This document shows, in pieces, positions 19,267 to 30,588 of a stretch of DNA of 64,000 nucleotides. The stretch comes from Pseudomonadota bacterium (GTDB lineage: Bacteria; Bdellovibrionota; Bdellovibrionia; Bdellovibrionales; SG-bin7): NCBI GenBank assembly GCA_034439715.1, contig JAWXAY010000010.1, positions 54,590 to 118,589 on the forward strand, in the 5' to 3' direction. The first letter of the stretch is position 1; every line of letters begins with the position of its first letter. The notes below the pieces were generated by a model. That model saw only the letters and a program-made list of their open reading frames with translations. It was not told the DNA's origin and searched no databases. The translations under genes and the position numbers were made by a program.

Positions 19267-20754
19267 CTCCAACCACGTTCTAATCATCACACCCGAAGCC
19301 CCTTTTTTGGGATTGTAAGCTACGCGATCACCAGTGTGCCAAGCGGTTCCAGCAATATCAAAATGCGCCCAGGGGATTTCTTCATCCACAAACTGTTCTA
19401 AAAATCCGGCAGCTGTTGCGCTACCGGCGCCACGACCTGAGGTTGAGACGTTTGACAGGTCTGCGTAGGTACCTTTCATGTCGCTGACATGAAAATCCAC
19501 CAAGGGCATATGCCAGACGAGCTCACCACTTTGCTCAGCAGCCTCCTTGGCCTTTTTTGCCAAACCAGCGTCACGAGTAAAAAATCCGCAATGAATATTA
19601 CCCAGCGCTACCGACATGGCTCCCGTTAAAGTTGCCATATCCAAAATTGCGGCCGGTTTTTTTTCTGAGGCATAAACCAAAGCATCTGCTAAGATAAGGC
19701 GGCCTTCGGCATCGGTATTATTGATCTCTATTGATTTGCCATTGCGAGCCACCAAAATATCACCGGGCTTAATGGCACCCCCACCAGGCATATTTTCTGT
19801 AGAGGGAACAAATCCCAAAAGATTAACCTTAAGTTTTAGTTTTGCCGCGGCCAAAATCGTACCTATGACGTTGGCGCCACCGCACATATCAAATTTCATT
19901 TCTTCCATTCCAGCCGAAGGTTTAATGCTGATGCCGCCCGAGTCAAAGGTGAGGCCCTTACCCACTAGTGCAACAGGTTTTTTGGACTTACCGCCGCCAG
20001 AATATTCCATCACGATAAAGCGAGGCTCTTGTTCACTTCCAAAGGATACTCCTAAGAAAGAGCCCATTTTCTCGCTTTTGATTTTTGCCGAATCCCAGAC
20101 GGTAACTTTAACTTTATATTTCGTTAGCTCGTCTTTTGCTTCTTTCGCTAAAACTGTGGGAGTCATGAGGTTGCCGGGAGTGTCGCCAAGCCTTCGCGCA
20201 AAATTTATTGCACTAGCAATTTTTTCTCCATCAAGAATTCCAGCACCAATTTGCTTTTGGTCGGCAGTGCTATCGCTAACAATTAGTACGTGGTTTAACT
20301 TTCCATCTTTTTTATCGGAATCTTTTTTATACTCGTCAAAGCAATAAGAGCCTAAAACAATTCCTTCAGTAAGGACTTGAGCTAGTTTGTCTTTCTTGGC
20401 GCGCGTAGAAGCGAGTGAACCAATACTAAAGGATGCGCTTTCAATTTTTGCTGAATTTAGCTCTTTAAGAGCAACAGCGGCCGCTTGGCGAAGAGTGTCG
20501 AGAGAAAATTTTGCTTTGTCCCCGAGGCCAATAGACAAGACATATTTAAAGCCATCACAATTTGCATTTCTAAAGAGAACGGCCTCTTTAAATTTTCCAG
20601 TTATTTCGCTCGAAGAACACAAAAGAGATTTTACGTCGTTGGAACAAGGTCCCACTAAGGCGGCTGTTTTTTTATTTACAGTCCCTGAAAAGGCAAAGTT
20701 AACCAGCGCCAATGTTTCACTTTGAGACGATATTTTTTTAAATTCGATTTTCAT
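19249..20754 (-). CDS. pepA: Leucyl aminopeptidase, M17 family
   Basis: GKGLTFDSGGISIK, MKFDMCG, NTDAEGRL, ATLTGA, HFDIAG. Confidence 0.95.
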   Translation of the reverse strand: MKIEFKKISSQSETLALVNFAFSGTVNKKTAALVGPCSNDVKSLLCSSSEITGKFKEAVLFRNANCDGFKYVLSIGLGDKAKFSLDTLRQAAAVALKELNSAKIESASFSIGSLASTRAKKDKLAQVLTEGIVLGSYCFDEYKKDSDKKDGKLNHVLIVSDSTADQKQIGAGILDGEKIASAINFARRLGDTPGNLMTPTVLAKEAKDELTKYKVKVTVWDSAKIKSEKMGSFLGVSFGSEQEPRFIVMEYSGGGKSKKPVALVGKGLTFDSGGISIKPSAGMEEMKFDMCGGANVIGTILAAAKLKLKVNLLGFVPSTENMPGGGAIKPGDILVARNGKSIEINNTDAEGRLILADALVYASEKKPAAILDMATLTGAMSVALGNIHCGFFTRDAGLAKKAKEAAEQSGELVWHMPLVDFHVSDMKGTYADLSNVSTSGRGAGSATAAGFLEQFVDEEIPWAHFDIAGTAWHTGDRVAYNPKKGASGVMIRTWLELIQKI

Positions 20755-20885
20755 TTATGATGCTCCCCAGCAGAAAAGTGCGCCTTAATACAGAGCGCCA
20801 AGACCAAAAGCCAATAGATAAGTGGGCGAAAGGTATCATAAACATTTCAAATTGGTAAAGTGATTTTAAATTACTAATAACAGTT

Positions 20886-20911
20886 TAAACCTATCCTTTA
20901 TTAGCCGAGAA
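20886..20911 (+). promoter_or_regulatory. sigma28-like promoter upstream of clpP
   Basis: TAAA-N14-GCCGAGAA. Confidence 0.4.
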
Positions 20912-20971
20912 GCCCTTGTCAGATCAGTAAGAGTGCTCAGATTAAGGTAATTGTACGAAGAGGAGTAGGCT

Positions 20972-21586
20972 GTGCCATTAGTACCAATAGTTGTTGAACA
21001 GACGTCCCGGGGAGAACGAAGTTATGATATCTACTCCCGATTATTAAAGGATCGCATAATCATACTGGGAACTGTGGTTACGGATGATGTTGCTAATCTT
21101 ATCGTAGCGCAAATGTTGTTTCTGGAGTCAGACAGTCCTGATAAGGACATCCATCTTTATATAAATTCGCCCGGTGGAAGTGTTTCTTCGGGTCTTGCCG
21201 TCTATGACATTATGCAGTTTGTAAAATGTGATATTTCTACTGTGTGCATTGGTATGGCAGCAAGTATGGGTTCTCTATTATTGACTGCGGGCACCAAGGG
21301 AAAGCGCTTTATTATGCCTCATAGTAGAGTTATGATCCACCAACCGCTCATTAGTGGTGGCGGAATTTCTGGGCAGGCAAGCGATATTGAAATTCAAGCC
21401 CGAGAAATGATTAAGACTAAAGATAAATTGACCGAAATCTATCATAAACATACGGGTCAAAAACAAGACGCTCTCAATAAGGCGATGGATAGAGATAACT
21501 ATTTGAGTCCCCAAGAAGCGGTTGATTTTGGAATTGCCGATAAGATTATTGAATTTAGAAAAGGCGTCGGAAGGAATGATAAATGA
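20972..21586 (+). CDS. clpP: ATP-dependent Clp protease proteolytic subunit
   Basis: [30 protein letters not shown]. Confidence 0.97.
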   Translation: MPLVPIVVEQTSRGERSYDIYSRLLKDRIIILGTVVTDDVANLIVAQMLFLESDSPDKDIHLYINSPGGSVSSGLAVYDIMQFVKCDISTVCIGMAASMGSLLLTAGTKGKRFIMPHSRVMIHQPLISGGGISGQASDIEIQAREMIKTKDKLTEIYHKHTGQKQDALNKAMDRDNYLSPQEAVDFGIADKIIEFRKGVGRNDK

Positions 21587-22878
21587 GTAAAAACAATCAT
21601 GGTTCATTGACGTGTAGTTTTTGTGGAAAAAGTCAAAAAGAAGTCAAAAAACTTATAGCGGGACCTAGCGTATATATTTGTGATGAATGTATCGACTTAT
21701 GTAATGATATTATTTCTGAGGAGCGGGACCGCGAAGAGACAACAAAGGGCTCGCTTAAAGTTCCCAAGCCCAGTGAAATCAAGGCACACCTTGATGATTA
21801 TGTTATCGGCCAGGATCGAGCAAAAAAGGCCCTCGCTGTCGCCGTTCACAATCACTACAAACGCATAAACAGTTTAAAAGGCAAAGACGATATTGAAATT
21901 GCGAAGAGTAACATTCTATTAGTTGGTCCCACTGGCTCTGGCAAAACGTTGTTAGCGCAAACTATCGCGAAAGTTCTAAACGTGCCTTTTGCAATGGCCG
22001 ACGCCACCACACTAACCGAAGCCGGTTATGTGGGTGAGGATGTAGAAAACGTGGTGCTGTATTTGCTACAGGCTGCCGACTACGATATCGAAAAATGTCA
22101 AAAAGGTGTTATTTACATCGATGAAATAGATAAAATCTCACGAAAATCTGAAAACCCTAGCATTACGCGTGACGTAAGCGGCGAAGGTGTTCAACAAGCT
22201 CTTTTGAAAATCTTAGAAGGTACAGTGGCCAATCTACCACCCAAAGGTGGCCGCAAACATCCCCAACAAGAATTTGTTCAAGTAGACACGTCTAATATTC
22301 TCTTTATTTGTGGTGGAGCCTTTGTCGGACTAGAAAAAATAATTGAGCGCAGAACTGAACAAAGGTCTATGGGAATTACGGCTGATATCAAAACTGAATC
22401 TGAAAAATCTAAAGAGAACTTATTACATAAAATAGAACCAGACGATTTGGTTAAATTTGGAATTATTCCTGAGTTCATCGGTCGACTGCCCGTGACAGCC
22501 GTACTAGACCCACTTGAGGAGTCAGCACTTCTTGATATTCTTGTTAAGCCAAAAAATGCGCTAACTAAGCAATACAAAAAGCTTTTTGGATTTGAGAATG
22601 TCGAGCTTAACTTTACAAATGATGCCCTAGTAGCCATAGCTCGTCAGGCAATTGCCCGTAAAACAGGAGCTCGCGGGTTAAGAAGTGTTATAGAAGAATC
22701 AATGTTAGAAATCATGTACGAAATTCCTTCCAAGGGGAACGTCAAAGAATGTATAATTGATGAAGGGGTCATACTGAAAAAAGGACTCCCAAAGTTGGTT
22801 TATAGGGCCGAGGGTGAGCAACCCAAATCAAAGTCGGGCACCAACGAAGACGGAACAGGTTCAGCAGAGAGCGCATAG
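21583..22878 (+). CDS. clpX: Clp protease ATP-binding subunit ClpX
   Basis: CSFCGK...CDEC zinc-binding domain, [23 protein letters not shown]. Confidence 0.97.
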   Translation: MSKNNHGSLTCSFCGKSQKEVKKLIAGPSVYICDECIDLCNDIISEERDREETTKGSLKVPKPSEIKAHLDDYVIGQDRAKKALAVAVHNHYKRINSLKGKDDIEIAKSNILLVGPTGSGKTLLAQTIAKVLNVPFAMADATTLTEAGYVGEDVENVVLYLLQAADYDIEKCQKGVIYIDEIDKISRKSENPSITRDVSGEGVQQALLKILEGTVANLPPKGGRKHPQQEFVQVDTSNILFICGGAFVGLEKIIERRTEQRSMGITADIKTESEKSKENLLHKIEPDDLVKFGIIPEFIGRLPVTAVLDPLEESALLDILVKPKNALTKQYKKLFGFENVELNFTNDALVAIARQAIARKTGARGLRSVIEESMLEIMYEIPSKGNVKECIIDEGVILKKGLPKLVYRAEGEQPKSKSGTNEDGTGSAESA

Positions 22879-22935
22879 CGGTAGATCACTTTAGAGCTTC
22901 TTCTCTCTGCTAGATCAACCAAGGAAGGGATTGAT

Positions 22936-25422
22936 ATGGCAGACAAGAAGGAATCACCCAAGGGTGAGATTTTAAAGCTACCGGTACTTCCACTACGAGA
23001 TTTGATTATATTCCCTCATATGATGATGCCCTTGTTTGTCGGGCGAGAAAAAAGCATCAATGCTTTAGAAAAGGCTATGCAGGAGCAGACGTCCATCCTT
23101 TTAGTGGCGCAACGAGAAGCTAAAACCAATAATCCTGAGCCAGCCGATATCTATAAAGTCGGAACGATTGGTTCAATCATTCAGCTTTTGAGGCTTCCGG
23201 ATGGCACTGTTAAGGTTTTTGTTGAGGGCAAGAAGCGCGCGAAAATATTAGATTATATTCAAACAGACACGGTTTTTGTGGCTGAGGTTGAGGTCTTAAG
23301 TCCAGGTCCAGAAACAAATGTCGAAGCCGCGGGACTCATGCGTACCGTTAAATCTACGTTTGAAACATATGTGAAACTCAATAAACGAATCCAGCCTGAA
23401 ACTCTAATGCGAGTGACCAGCATAGAAAATCCAAGTGAGCTTGCCGATATTATAGTGGCGCAACTTAATTTAAAAATTGAAGACAAACAGGCTATCTTAG
23501 AAATTGTGGACCCGATCCAACGTCTAGAAAAACTCTTAAACCTCATGACTGGCGAAATCGAAATTCTTGAGGTTGAAAAGAAAATTCGTTCGCGCGTCAA
23601 AAAGCAGATGGAGCGCTCACAAAAAGAGTATTACTTAAACGAGCAAATGCAAGCCATTCAAAAAGAGCTTGGCGAACAGGATGATTATTCGGCAGAACTG
23701 CAGGAACTAGAGCTACAGGCTGAAAAGAAAAAAATGTCTCCCGAGGCCAAAAGTAAAGTCAAAAAAGAAATCAAGAAACTAAGAATGATGTCGCCAATGA
23801 GTGCGGAGGCCGCTGTCGTTAGAAACTATATCGATTGGATTTTAGCGCTACCTTGGCAGCTTTATTCAAAAACCCGCAACGATTTGGATTATGCTGAAAA
23901 AGTCCTAGACGATGATCATTGGGGCCTTGAGAAAGTAAAAGAGAGAATTTTAGAACATCTGGCGGTACAAGTGTTGTCTCCCGACATGAAGGGGCCGATT
24001 CTTTGTCTGGTGGGTCCACCGGGGGTGGGTAAGACCTCTTTGGCAAAATCCGTTGCGCGCGCCTTAAATCGTGAGTTTGCTCGGATTTCCCTTGGCGGCG
24101 TGCGAGATGAGGCCGAAATTCGCGGACACAGAAAGACCTACGTCGGCGCGATGCCCGGAAAAATTATTCAGGCGATGCGAAAAGTAAATCACAATAATCC
24201 GGTTCTCCTTTTGGATGAGATTGATAAAATGAGTAATGATTTTAAAGGGGACCCTTCGTCAGCGCTCCTTGAGGTTCTTGACCCCGAGCAAAACTGTAAT
24301 TTTCAAGATCACTATCTCGAAGTTGAATATGATTTGTCGAGAGTTCTATTTTTTACCACCGCAAACTCAATTCATTCAATTCCCCGTCCATTGCTTGATC
24401 GGATGGAGCTCATATTCCTTGAGGGCTATATCGAAAATGAGAAGTTTCATATCGGCAAAAAATATTTAGTTCCAAAGCAATTAAAAATGCATGGTCTTGA
24501 ATCGCGAAAAATCTCTATTAACGATGCCGCCCTAAGACACCTCATTCGATATTACACGCGAGAATCTGGGGTTAGAAACATGGAGCGCATGATTGCCACC
24601 ATTTGTCGAAAGCTGGCCAGAGATATCGTGAAGCAAGAGATGCTAAAAGACTTTAGGGGCAAGAAAAAATTGAAAAACAAAGGCAACGAGACCTCAAAAA
24701 AGATTTCTCGCGCAAAACCTATGTTGGTAACGCCAAAGAGAATCGAAGAATTGTTGGGACCTGTTAAGTATAAATTTGGTAAGGCTGAGACTGATAACGA
24801 AATTGGATTAACCAATGGATTGGCTTGGACTGAAACCGGCGGTGACCTTTTAGTTGTCGAAGTCAGCATTGTTCCTGGCAAAGGAAAGTTTGTTGTGACG
24901 GGCCAACTCGGCGATGTCATGAAAGAGTCCTGTTCGGCAGCCATGAGTTATGTGCGATCGCGCGGCCCGCTCTTTGGTTATACGGCAGATTATTTTGCTA
25001 ATCACGACGTTCATATTCATGTGCCCGAAGGTGCGGTTCCTAAAGATGGGCCATCGGCCGGAATTGCACTCACGACCAGTATTGTGTCGGCTATGACTAA
25101 AATTCCCGTGAAGCGTGTTGTGGCAATGACGGGCGAAGTGACCCTTCGTGGCCGCGTGCTACCGATTGGCGGCTTAAAAGAAAAAATCTTGGCTGCTCAC
25201 AGAGGCGGAATTAAAATGATCATTGTGCCAAGAGAGAATGAGAAAGACCTCAAGGATATACCTAAAGAGGTCATGCGTGACTTAAAAGTTGTATTGGTAG
25301 ATCACGTCGATCAGGTTTTGGTAAATGCTCTTGAAATTAAACACGCTCGTGAGCTATTTAAATCAAAAGCTCCCGGCGAAATCGGGCTTCGCGCACGCTA
25401 TACAGGGCATACGCTTCAATAG
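22936..25422 (+). CDS. lon: Lon protease
   Basis: Lon N-domain, [24 protein letters not shown]. Confidence 0.97.
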   Translation: MADKKESPKGEILKLPVLPLRDLIIFPHMMMPLFVGREKSINALEKAMQEQTSILLVAQREAKTNNPEPADIYKVGTIGSIIQLLRLPDGTVKVFVEGKKRAKILDYIQTDTVFVAEVEVLSPGPETNVEAAGLMRTVKSTFETYVKLNKRIQPETLMRVTSIENPSELADIIVAQLNLKIEDKQAILEIVDPIQRLEKLLNLMTGEIEILEVEKKIRSRVKKQMERSQKEYYLNEQMQAIQKELGEQDDYSAELQELELQAEKKKMSPEAKSKVKKEIKKLRMMSPMSAEAAVVRNYIDWILALPWQLYSKTRNDLDYAEKVLDDDHWGLEKVKERILEHLAVQVLSPDMKGPILCLVGPPGVGKTSLAKSVARALNREFARISLGGVRDEAEIRGHRKTYVGAMPGKIIQAMRKVNHNNPVLLLDEIDKMSNDFKGDPSSALLEVLDPEQNCNFQDHYLEVEYDLSRVLFFTTANSIHSIPRPLLDRMELIFLEGYIENEKFHIGKKYLVPKQLKMHGLESRKISINDAALRHLIRYYTRESGVRNMERMIATICRKLARDIVKQEMLKDFRGKKKLKNKGNETSKKISRAKPMLVTPKRIEELLGPVKYKFGKAETDNEIGLTNGLAWTETGGDLLVVEVSIVPGKGKFVVTGQLGDVMKESCSAAMSYVRSRGPLFGYTADYFANHDVHIHVPEGAVPKDGPSAGIALTTSIVSAMTKIPVKRVVAMTGEVTLRGRVLPIGGLKEKILAAHRGGIKMIIVPRENEKDLKDIPKEVMRDLKVVLVDHVDQVLVNALEIKHARELFKSKAPGEIGLRARYTGHTLQ

Positions 25423-25432
25423 TTCGACGCAT

Positions 25433-25491
25433 CCTTAGGCAGGTATCGGTTTGGCGTTAATAACGTGTTCTTGAACACTTAACGCCTAAGG
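25433..25491 (+). terminator. Compound hairpin after lon (possible terminator)
   Basis: GGCGTTAA...GTGTTC-TT-GAACAC-TTAACGCC, plus alternative CCTTAGGC/GCCTAAGG pairing. Confidence 0.4.
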
Positions 25492-25572
25492 CCCTAGTTC
25501 CTGAAAATATCTTTAAAAATACTTTGACCAAAACAGGTCACTTTCTGTAAGAATTGGTAAATTCACAAAACA

Positions 25573-25596
25573 GTTTATTTAAGTATTTAAATAAAC
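25573..25596. promoter_or_regulatory. Perfect 10-bp inverted repeat upstream of the TPR-wHTH regulator (candidate operator)
   Basis: GTTTATTTAA-GTAT-TTAAATAAAC, downstream of a TTGACC -35-like box at 25524. Confidence 0.45.
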
Positions 25597-25620
25597 CTTT
25601 AGGAAAGGGGCTTAAGCGGA

Positions 25621-26724
25621 GTGACAAAACCAGTTGTTTCCCCACAGTTTGAATTGGCCAAGCTCTATTACGATCGGTGCGATATAGATAAGGCAACCGA
25701 GCTTTTTACAGTTTTATGTGAGCAAAGCAAAAAAGAAAAAAATTGGCTAGAACATCTGAAGTGTCTTAATTTTTTACTTCGTATAAGTGCCGAATTAGAA
25801 GACTTTGATCGCGTCAATGTCATCAAAGAATCATTGCAAGATTTAGTTCTCAACGAAGGCGTCGAGATTACTTCCAAAACTTATTACACGCTCGGTATGT
25901 GCACATTTTATAAAAAGCAATTTGATATGGCGATGGACTATTTTCAAAAGTCTTTAAATATTGCTTTTAGTAAGAACGATAAAGAAGATATTTGTTACGC
26001 CATTAATGGAATGGCTATCACCTATTACGCGACTGATCGACTTTCAGAGGCGCTTAAAGAAATATATAATCTTAAAGTCTTTTTCGAAGTCCTCGATATC
26101 CCCGCTCTTAAAATATCAAATCTTATGCTTAACGGACATATTTTACGAAAATTAGGTCGCCTCAATGAGGCACTTGAAATTTTTTGGGAATGCTATGAAT
26201 CTCTCAAGTCTGAGAAGAACATGTTTATGTATGTTTCTCTACTTTACGGAATGGGTTTGACTTATCAGGACAAGGGAGAGGTTGAACTTACTAAAACTTA
26301 TTTGAAATTGGCTAAGAGTATGGTGTCGCCCGACCACTTTAAACGCCAAGCACGCGCTATTGATGAAAAGCTGGAGGAGCTGGGCGTGCGGCCACATAAT
26401 GATTATGATTTGATTTTTGACTCTCGACAAAATATGGTGACAGAAAGAAAGCGAGGTAAGGTTGATTTTAAGAATCAGTTTATCTTGCTCGACCTTCTCC
26501 ATCTATTTATGCAACACCCTGGCGAAACCTTTTCAAAAGAAATTCTGGTAAAAAGAATATGGAAGCAGGATTACAACCCAGCGATTCACGACAATAAAAT
26601 CTACGTTACAATTAAACGTCTTCGCCAAATTATCGAGCCGGATGTAGATCACCCAAAATATATATTTAGAGCAAAAAACGGTTATTATTTAAACAAGAGT
26701 ACACGTGTTCTTTTAGAACACTAA
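25621..26724 (+). CDS. TPR-repeat protein with a C-terminal OmpR/PhoB-type winged-helix DNA-binding domain
   Basis: TPR helices followed by PGETFSKEILVKRIW...IYVTIKRLRQIIE...YIFRAKNGY. Confidence 0.82.
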   Translation: MTKPVVSPQFELAKLYYDRCDIDKATELFTVLCEQSKKEKNWLEHLKCLNFLLRISAELEDFDRVNVIKESLQDLVLNEGVEITSKTYYTLGMCTFYKKQFDMAMDYFQKSLNIAFSKNDKEDICYAINGMAITYYATDRLSEALKEIYNLKVFFEVLDIPALKISNLMLNGHILRKLGRLNEALEIFWECYESLKSEKNMFMYVSLLYGMGLTYQDKGEVELTKTYLKLAKSMVSPDHFKRQARAIDEKLEELGVRPHNDYDLIFDSRQNMVTERKRGKVDFKNQFILLDLLHLFMQHPGETFSKEILVKRIWKQDYNPAIHDNKIYVTIKRLRQIIEPDVDHPKYIFRAKNGYYLNKSTRVLLEH

Positions 26725-26738
26725 TGGGAGAGAAGTTT

Positions 26739-27236
26739 ATGAAATTTTGGCAACAGAGACTCCGGCCTTTGGCATTAATGATCATCACCGCATTGATGGT
26801 CATTCCAATCGTGTCCGTGGGAGAAATTGAAGTAGTCTTTCCCTGGGGTACAGAGGTTCCTTTCCCTTGGAAGCAAATAGAGGGTACGTGGATCTATGAA
26901 AAGGTACAAAATAAATTTGAATTCCATGTGATTGCAGTTTATGAAGACGGCACTCGAGTAGTTCAGGTAACTGAGCTTGATCACGACAATCAAATATTGG
27001 CTCGTGGTCTGGGAGTCGCTGGTCCGGATAGGCGAATCGTTCGTGCCGCCATGCAATCAGAAGAAGGATCCTATTTACTTCTTATCAGGGCCTTTAAGGA
27101 CGACAAGGAATGTGTGTACGGACGGAAACTAATGGTGGTAGTCACGATTCGCTCAATGGATCCCAAATCTCAAACAAAGGATCGCAACTTCGTAATCAAT
27201 AAGCAGGCGGAAGAGCCTTCTTGTGAGTTGAACTAA
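26739..27236 (+). CDS. Secreted hypothetical protein
   Basis: Signal peptide; FPWGTEVPFPW motif; RBS before 26739. Confidence 0.65.
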   Translation: MKFWQQRLRPLALMIITALMVIPIVSVGEIEVVFPWGTEVPFPWKQIEGTWIYEKVQNKFEFHVIAVYEDGTRVVQVTELDHDNQILARGLGVAGPDRRIVRAAMQSEEGSYLLLIRAFKDDKECVYGRKLMVVVTIRSMDPKSQTKDRNFVINKQAEEPSCELN

Positions 27237-27244
27237 CTCTGGCC

Positions 27245-27844
27245 ATGAGTTCCTACCGATTTGACCAATACGAGCTTCTTGAAGGTAAAAAGCTCGTACT
27301 GATCAAGCTTGATCAAGAAATTCTTCCAGGGCTGGCAGAAATCCTGGTCAGTCCTAGCACATGGTTTTCTATTAAAAGAGATGTCGACACGCCTGAAAAA
27401 TTTAAAGAAAATTTAAGCATTAAGCTTGAAAAGCAAAACAGACATGAGTGCCTTACTCTTGTGGCCGTTGATAAAGAGTCCCAGCAAAAGGTTGCGATGA
27501 GCTCGTATCAATATCCCACCTCGGGTTTTGAAAGAATTGAAATTGGCTACACTTGGATTGCGGACACTTGGATGCGGTCTTATGTGCACACAGAAATGAA
27601 GTACCTAATGCTTACTTACGCTTTTGAGACCATGAGGGTTCAGCGAGTAGAGTTTATGGTTCACCCAACCAACGATATCTCTAATCGTTCTATGAAGCGA
27701 ATTGGCGCCACTTATGAGGGCCTGCTCAGAAAATACAGATCTTTTTGGGAGTGTGACGATGGTGATAGAAATGTTTATAGTATCATAGGTGACGAGTGGC
27801 CGAAGGTTAGGTCGCATATCCAGGGGCTAATGAGAAATTATTAA
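27245..27844 (+). CDS. GNAT N-acetyltransferase, RimJ/RimL family
   Basis: IEIGYTW, TEMKYLMLTYAFE, NDISNRSMKRIGATYEGLLR, YSIIGDEWP. Confidence 0.85.
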   Translation: MSSYRFDQYELLEGKKLVLIKLDQEILPGLAEILVSPSTWFSIKRDVDTPEKFKENLSIKLEKQNRHECLTLVAVDKESQQKVAMSSYQYPTSGFERIEIGYTWIADTWMRSYVHTEMKYLMLTYAFETMRVQRVEFMVHPTNDISNRSMKRIGATYEGLLRKYRSFWECDDGDRNVYSIIGDEWPKVRSHIQGLMRNY

Positions 27845-29581
27845 AATTAAGCCCTCATCAATGGGGTCTTTGAATTTAGGATTGAGTTTTGATAGCTGTT
27901 TTAAATGACCATGGGCCGTCTCTCGAATGTCACCAAATATTTTTTGCGAAAATGCCAATTCAAAAACTTCTAATGAAAGTAGCCAGTCGTTTGGGAAATC
28001 AGAGATGAGTTCTCCCATCATGGACTTCATTTCTTTTACGATCGCTAATGCAAATAATTTTTTTTCACGAATTTCTCTCACTCTAGCGTAGAGAGACATC
28101 AGTCTCTTGGCTTTTTCGTCAGGTACTCCTCTAGGAATTATCTTTACATTAAAGTCGGGGCTGTCATGGTAATGATTTCGGTCAGCCGGGCCAGCAAACA
28201 CGGAAGTAACTTTTTCACCAACAGCCATGTCGTATACTCCCCAAGAGGGATCAAAGAGCAAGTCAGTTCCCCGCCGTACCGTACATTTTTCAAATGAAAT
28301 GATTATTATTTTGCCATTTTCTTTGGTGATTGAAACAACCTGACCTTCAACACAAACACCAGAAGTAAAAATCAACGTAGCATTTTTCTTCGGGGCAAGA
28401 TTAAATTTTCTAAGTTCAGAAGCGCCAAACTTTTCGATTGGTTTTTTTATTCCACGAAGTTTGCCAACCGGACTACCAAACCCTTTTGGGTGTTGGCCGA
28501 CGCCTTGGCCCGTTAGGACGCGGTAATTTAGGCAGAGTTGACAGGGGCCACTAAAGTTTAAATAAACGGCCTCGTCTTCAGCGGCGTTTTTGTAAACCCG
28601 GCTTAATATGCCAGACACTTGTAGGCCCGAAGAAAACTGTACAGTATTAACAGTTTTTGATTGCAAAGCCTTATTGAGACCGGCGGAGCCTCCGGTTTTA
28701 AAAGCCATCTGGTCGGATAATTCTTTTAAAACATTTTCAAGATGTTTAAAGCTGGGGGTCACAAATAATTGCGGCTGGGGCTCTGTGATGTCGTAGGAGT
28801 AATTAATGCAGTCAATCGAAAGCGGAATCCTTTTAACAGAGGGGTTGAGGCAGCTTTCAGCTTCTTCAGCAGAAGACAGTAGGCCCGCGCCAAATATTTT
28901 TGGCTGCTTTAGGCTGCCAATCAATCCATATTCAGCCGTCCACCAATTCATTCGTCCCAAATACCCGGCCTCAGAAATATGAGAGATACTTTTTGATACC
29001 CTATTTAATTGATCCTCGGCCTTCTTTATGTCCCCAGCGCTTGAGTTAGGGTCTTCTTTGGCATCAGAAAGAGCTCGTATGGATTCATAAAGTTCAATGT
29101 CTTCACTGCTGATTATTGCTTTTTTGGCTATCTGGGCATATTTTTTCAAATAGGCGGCATAACGTTTATCGACAAGTATGGGGGCGTGTCCAGCAGCTTC
29201 GTGAACGATGTCAGGAGCCGGCGTATAGAGCAGGTGGTCGATTGATCGCATATCCGAGGCAATAGGCAAGATACTTAAGCTCTGCAGCTCCATAAATGCA
29301 GAGGGAGGAATAAAGCCACTAACTGGCACGGCTCGCCAGCCAAATTTTTGGAGAGAGCGGTTCATAATTTCAATATTAGGGATTCGTTCTATCTCGATTC
29401 CTGATCTCGTGAGTCCGCTTTGGTAACAGGAGTGGGCGTTCCTCGACAAGAAATTAAAAAGTCTTCGCATAATATAGCGCCATGCCGCTTGATCAATCGA
29501 AGTATAGCGTGAGTAGTCTTGCTCCACAATATATCGAACTAGATGCTTGGGTAATTTTAATTTTATTTCTTCAATATTCAC
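27827..29581 (-). CDS. phhA: Phenylalanine 4-monooxygenase, long form
   Basis: YTPAPDIVHEAAGH iron-ligand motif, WWTAEYGL, FGAGLLSS, YDITEPQPQLFV. Confidence 0.88.
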   Translation of the reverse strand: MNIEEIKLKLPKHLVRYIVEQDYSRYTSIDQAAWRYIMRRLFNFLSRNAHSCYQSGLTRSGIEIERIPNIEIMNRSLQKFGWRAVPVSGFIPPSAFMELQSLSILPIASDMRSIDHLLYTPAPDIVHEAAGHAPILVDKRYAAYLKKYAQIAKKAIISSEDIELYESIRALSDAKEDPNSSAGDIKKAEDQLNRVSKSISHISEAGYLGRMNWWTAEYGLIGSLKQPKIFGAGLLSSAEEAESCLNPSVKRIPLSIDCINYSYDITEPQPQLFVTPSFKHLENVLKELSDQMAFKTGGSAGLNKALQSKTVNTVQFSSGLQVSGILSRVYKNAAEDEAVYLNFSGPCQLCLNYRVLTGQGVGQHPKGFGSPVGKLRGIKKPIEKFGASELRKFNLAPKKNATLIFTSGVCVEGQVVSITKENGKIIIISFEKCTVRRGTDLLFDPSWGVYDMAVGEKVTSVFAGPADRNHYHDSPDFNVKIIPRGVPDEKAKRLMSLYARVREIREKKLFALAIVKEMKSMMGELISDFPNDWLLSLEVFELAFSQKIFGDIRETAHGHLKQLSKLNPKFKDPIDEGLILIISH

Positions 29582-30546
29582 AAGGCTGTCTCATTTTTCG
29601 AAAGATAATTGCGAACATAATCCTTTACGCCGTCCTCCAAGGACCACTGGGGCTGAGAAATTCCCTGACTAAAAAGTTTTTGCATCTTTGCTTCTGTGAA
29701 ATATTGATACTGGTTTCTAATATTTTCAGGAATTTCTATCCAATTGATTTTTAATGGCGTTTCTAAACTCGAAAAAACAATGCTGGCCAAATCTAGCCAA
29801 GATCGGGCTGCCCCTGTGCCCATATTATATATACCTGACGGTATTTGTTTACTCATGATTTCAAGAATCCAGCGGGTAACGTCTTTTACGTAGACAAAGT
29901 CTCGCTTTTGCTGGCCATCGTCGTAATCCGCACGATGAGATTTAAAAAGATTTAAGCTCTTGCTTTTTTTGACCTGGAGAAACGCCTTATAAGTCACACT
30001 CGCCATTTCTCCCTTAAAGTACTCGTTGGGTCCGTAGACATTAAAAAATCTGAGCCCATACCAATTTTTAGGAGCTGATTTTTGGTTTAATGCCCAGCAG
30101 TCAAACTCCCATTTAGAGTTTCCGTAAGGATTTAAGGGCTTAAAAATATCTGGTGAAGATTTATCATCAAAACCCAAATCTCCCGCGCCATAAACGGCGC
30201 CGCTAGATGCGTAAATAAAGGGGACGTGATTTTTTAGGCACCAACCAAAGAGCGTTTGAGTGTACTGAGTGTTATTTTCTCTCAGAAACTCAACATTGGT
30301 TTCGGTCGTTGATGAACAGGCGCCAATGTGAATTATCCAGTCAATATTTTTAAGCTGGCCGCTTGTTAGTGAATTAAGAAATTCGTCCTTCAATTGGAAG
30401 GCCTGATATTTTTTATTGGATAAAAGCTGAGGGCGGGTTTTTGTATCTACAGAGTCTACACAAATGATGTCCCTTCGGCCGGCCTCGTTAAGCTGCCAAA
30501 CCATTGCACTGCCGATAAAGCCGTTTGCGCCAGTCACGATGATCAT
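29578..30546 (-). CDS. hldD: ADP-L-glycero-D-manno-heptose 6-epimerase
   Basis: TGANGFIGS, GACSSTTE, YASSGAVYG, PLNPYGNSK, RFFNVYGPNE, YQYFTEA. Confidence 0.92.
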   Translation of the reverse strand: MIIVTGANGFIGSAMVWQLNEAGRRDIICVDSVDTKTRPQLLSNKKYQAFQLKDEFLNSLTSGQLKNIDWIIHIGACSSTTETNVEFLRENNTQYTQTLFGWCLKNHVPFIYASSGAVYGAGDLGFDDKSSPDIFKPLNPYGNSKWEFDCWALNQKSAPKNWYGLRFFNVYGPNEYFKGEMASVTYKAFLQVKKSKSLNLFKSHRADYDDGQQKRDFVYVKDVTRWILEIMSKQIPSGIYNMGTGAARSWLDLASIVFSSLETPLKINWIEIPENIRNQYQYFTEAKMQKLFSQGISQPQWSLEDGVKDYVRNYLSKNETAL

Positions 30547-30588
30547 TATGATATCATTTATCTCACAGAGGAATGTTTTAGCAAAGAG

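Noticed and set aside
19721..20725. Antisense ORFs of 208 and 112 aa over pepA, and similar shadow ORFs elsewhere
   Set aside because: They mirror well-supported genes on the opposite strand and show no motifs.
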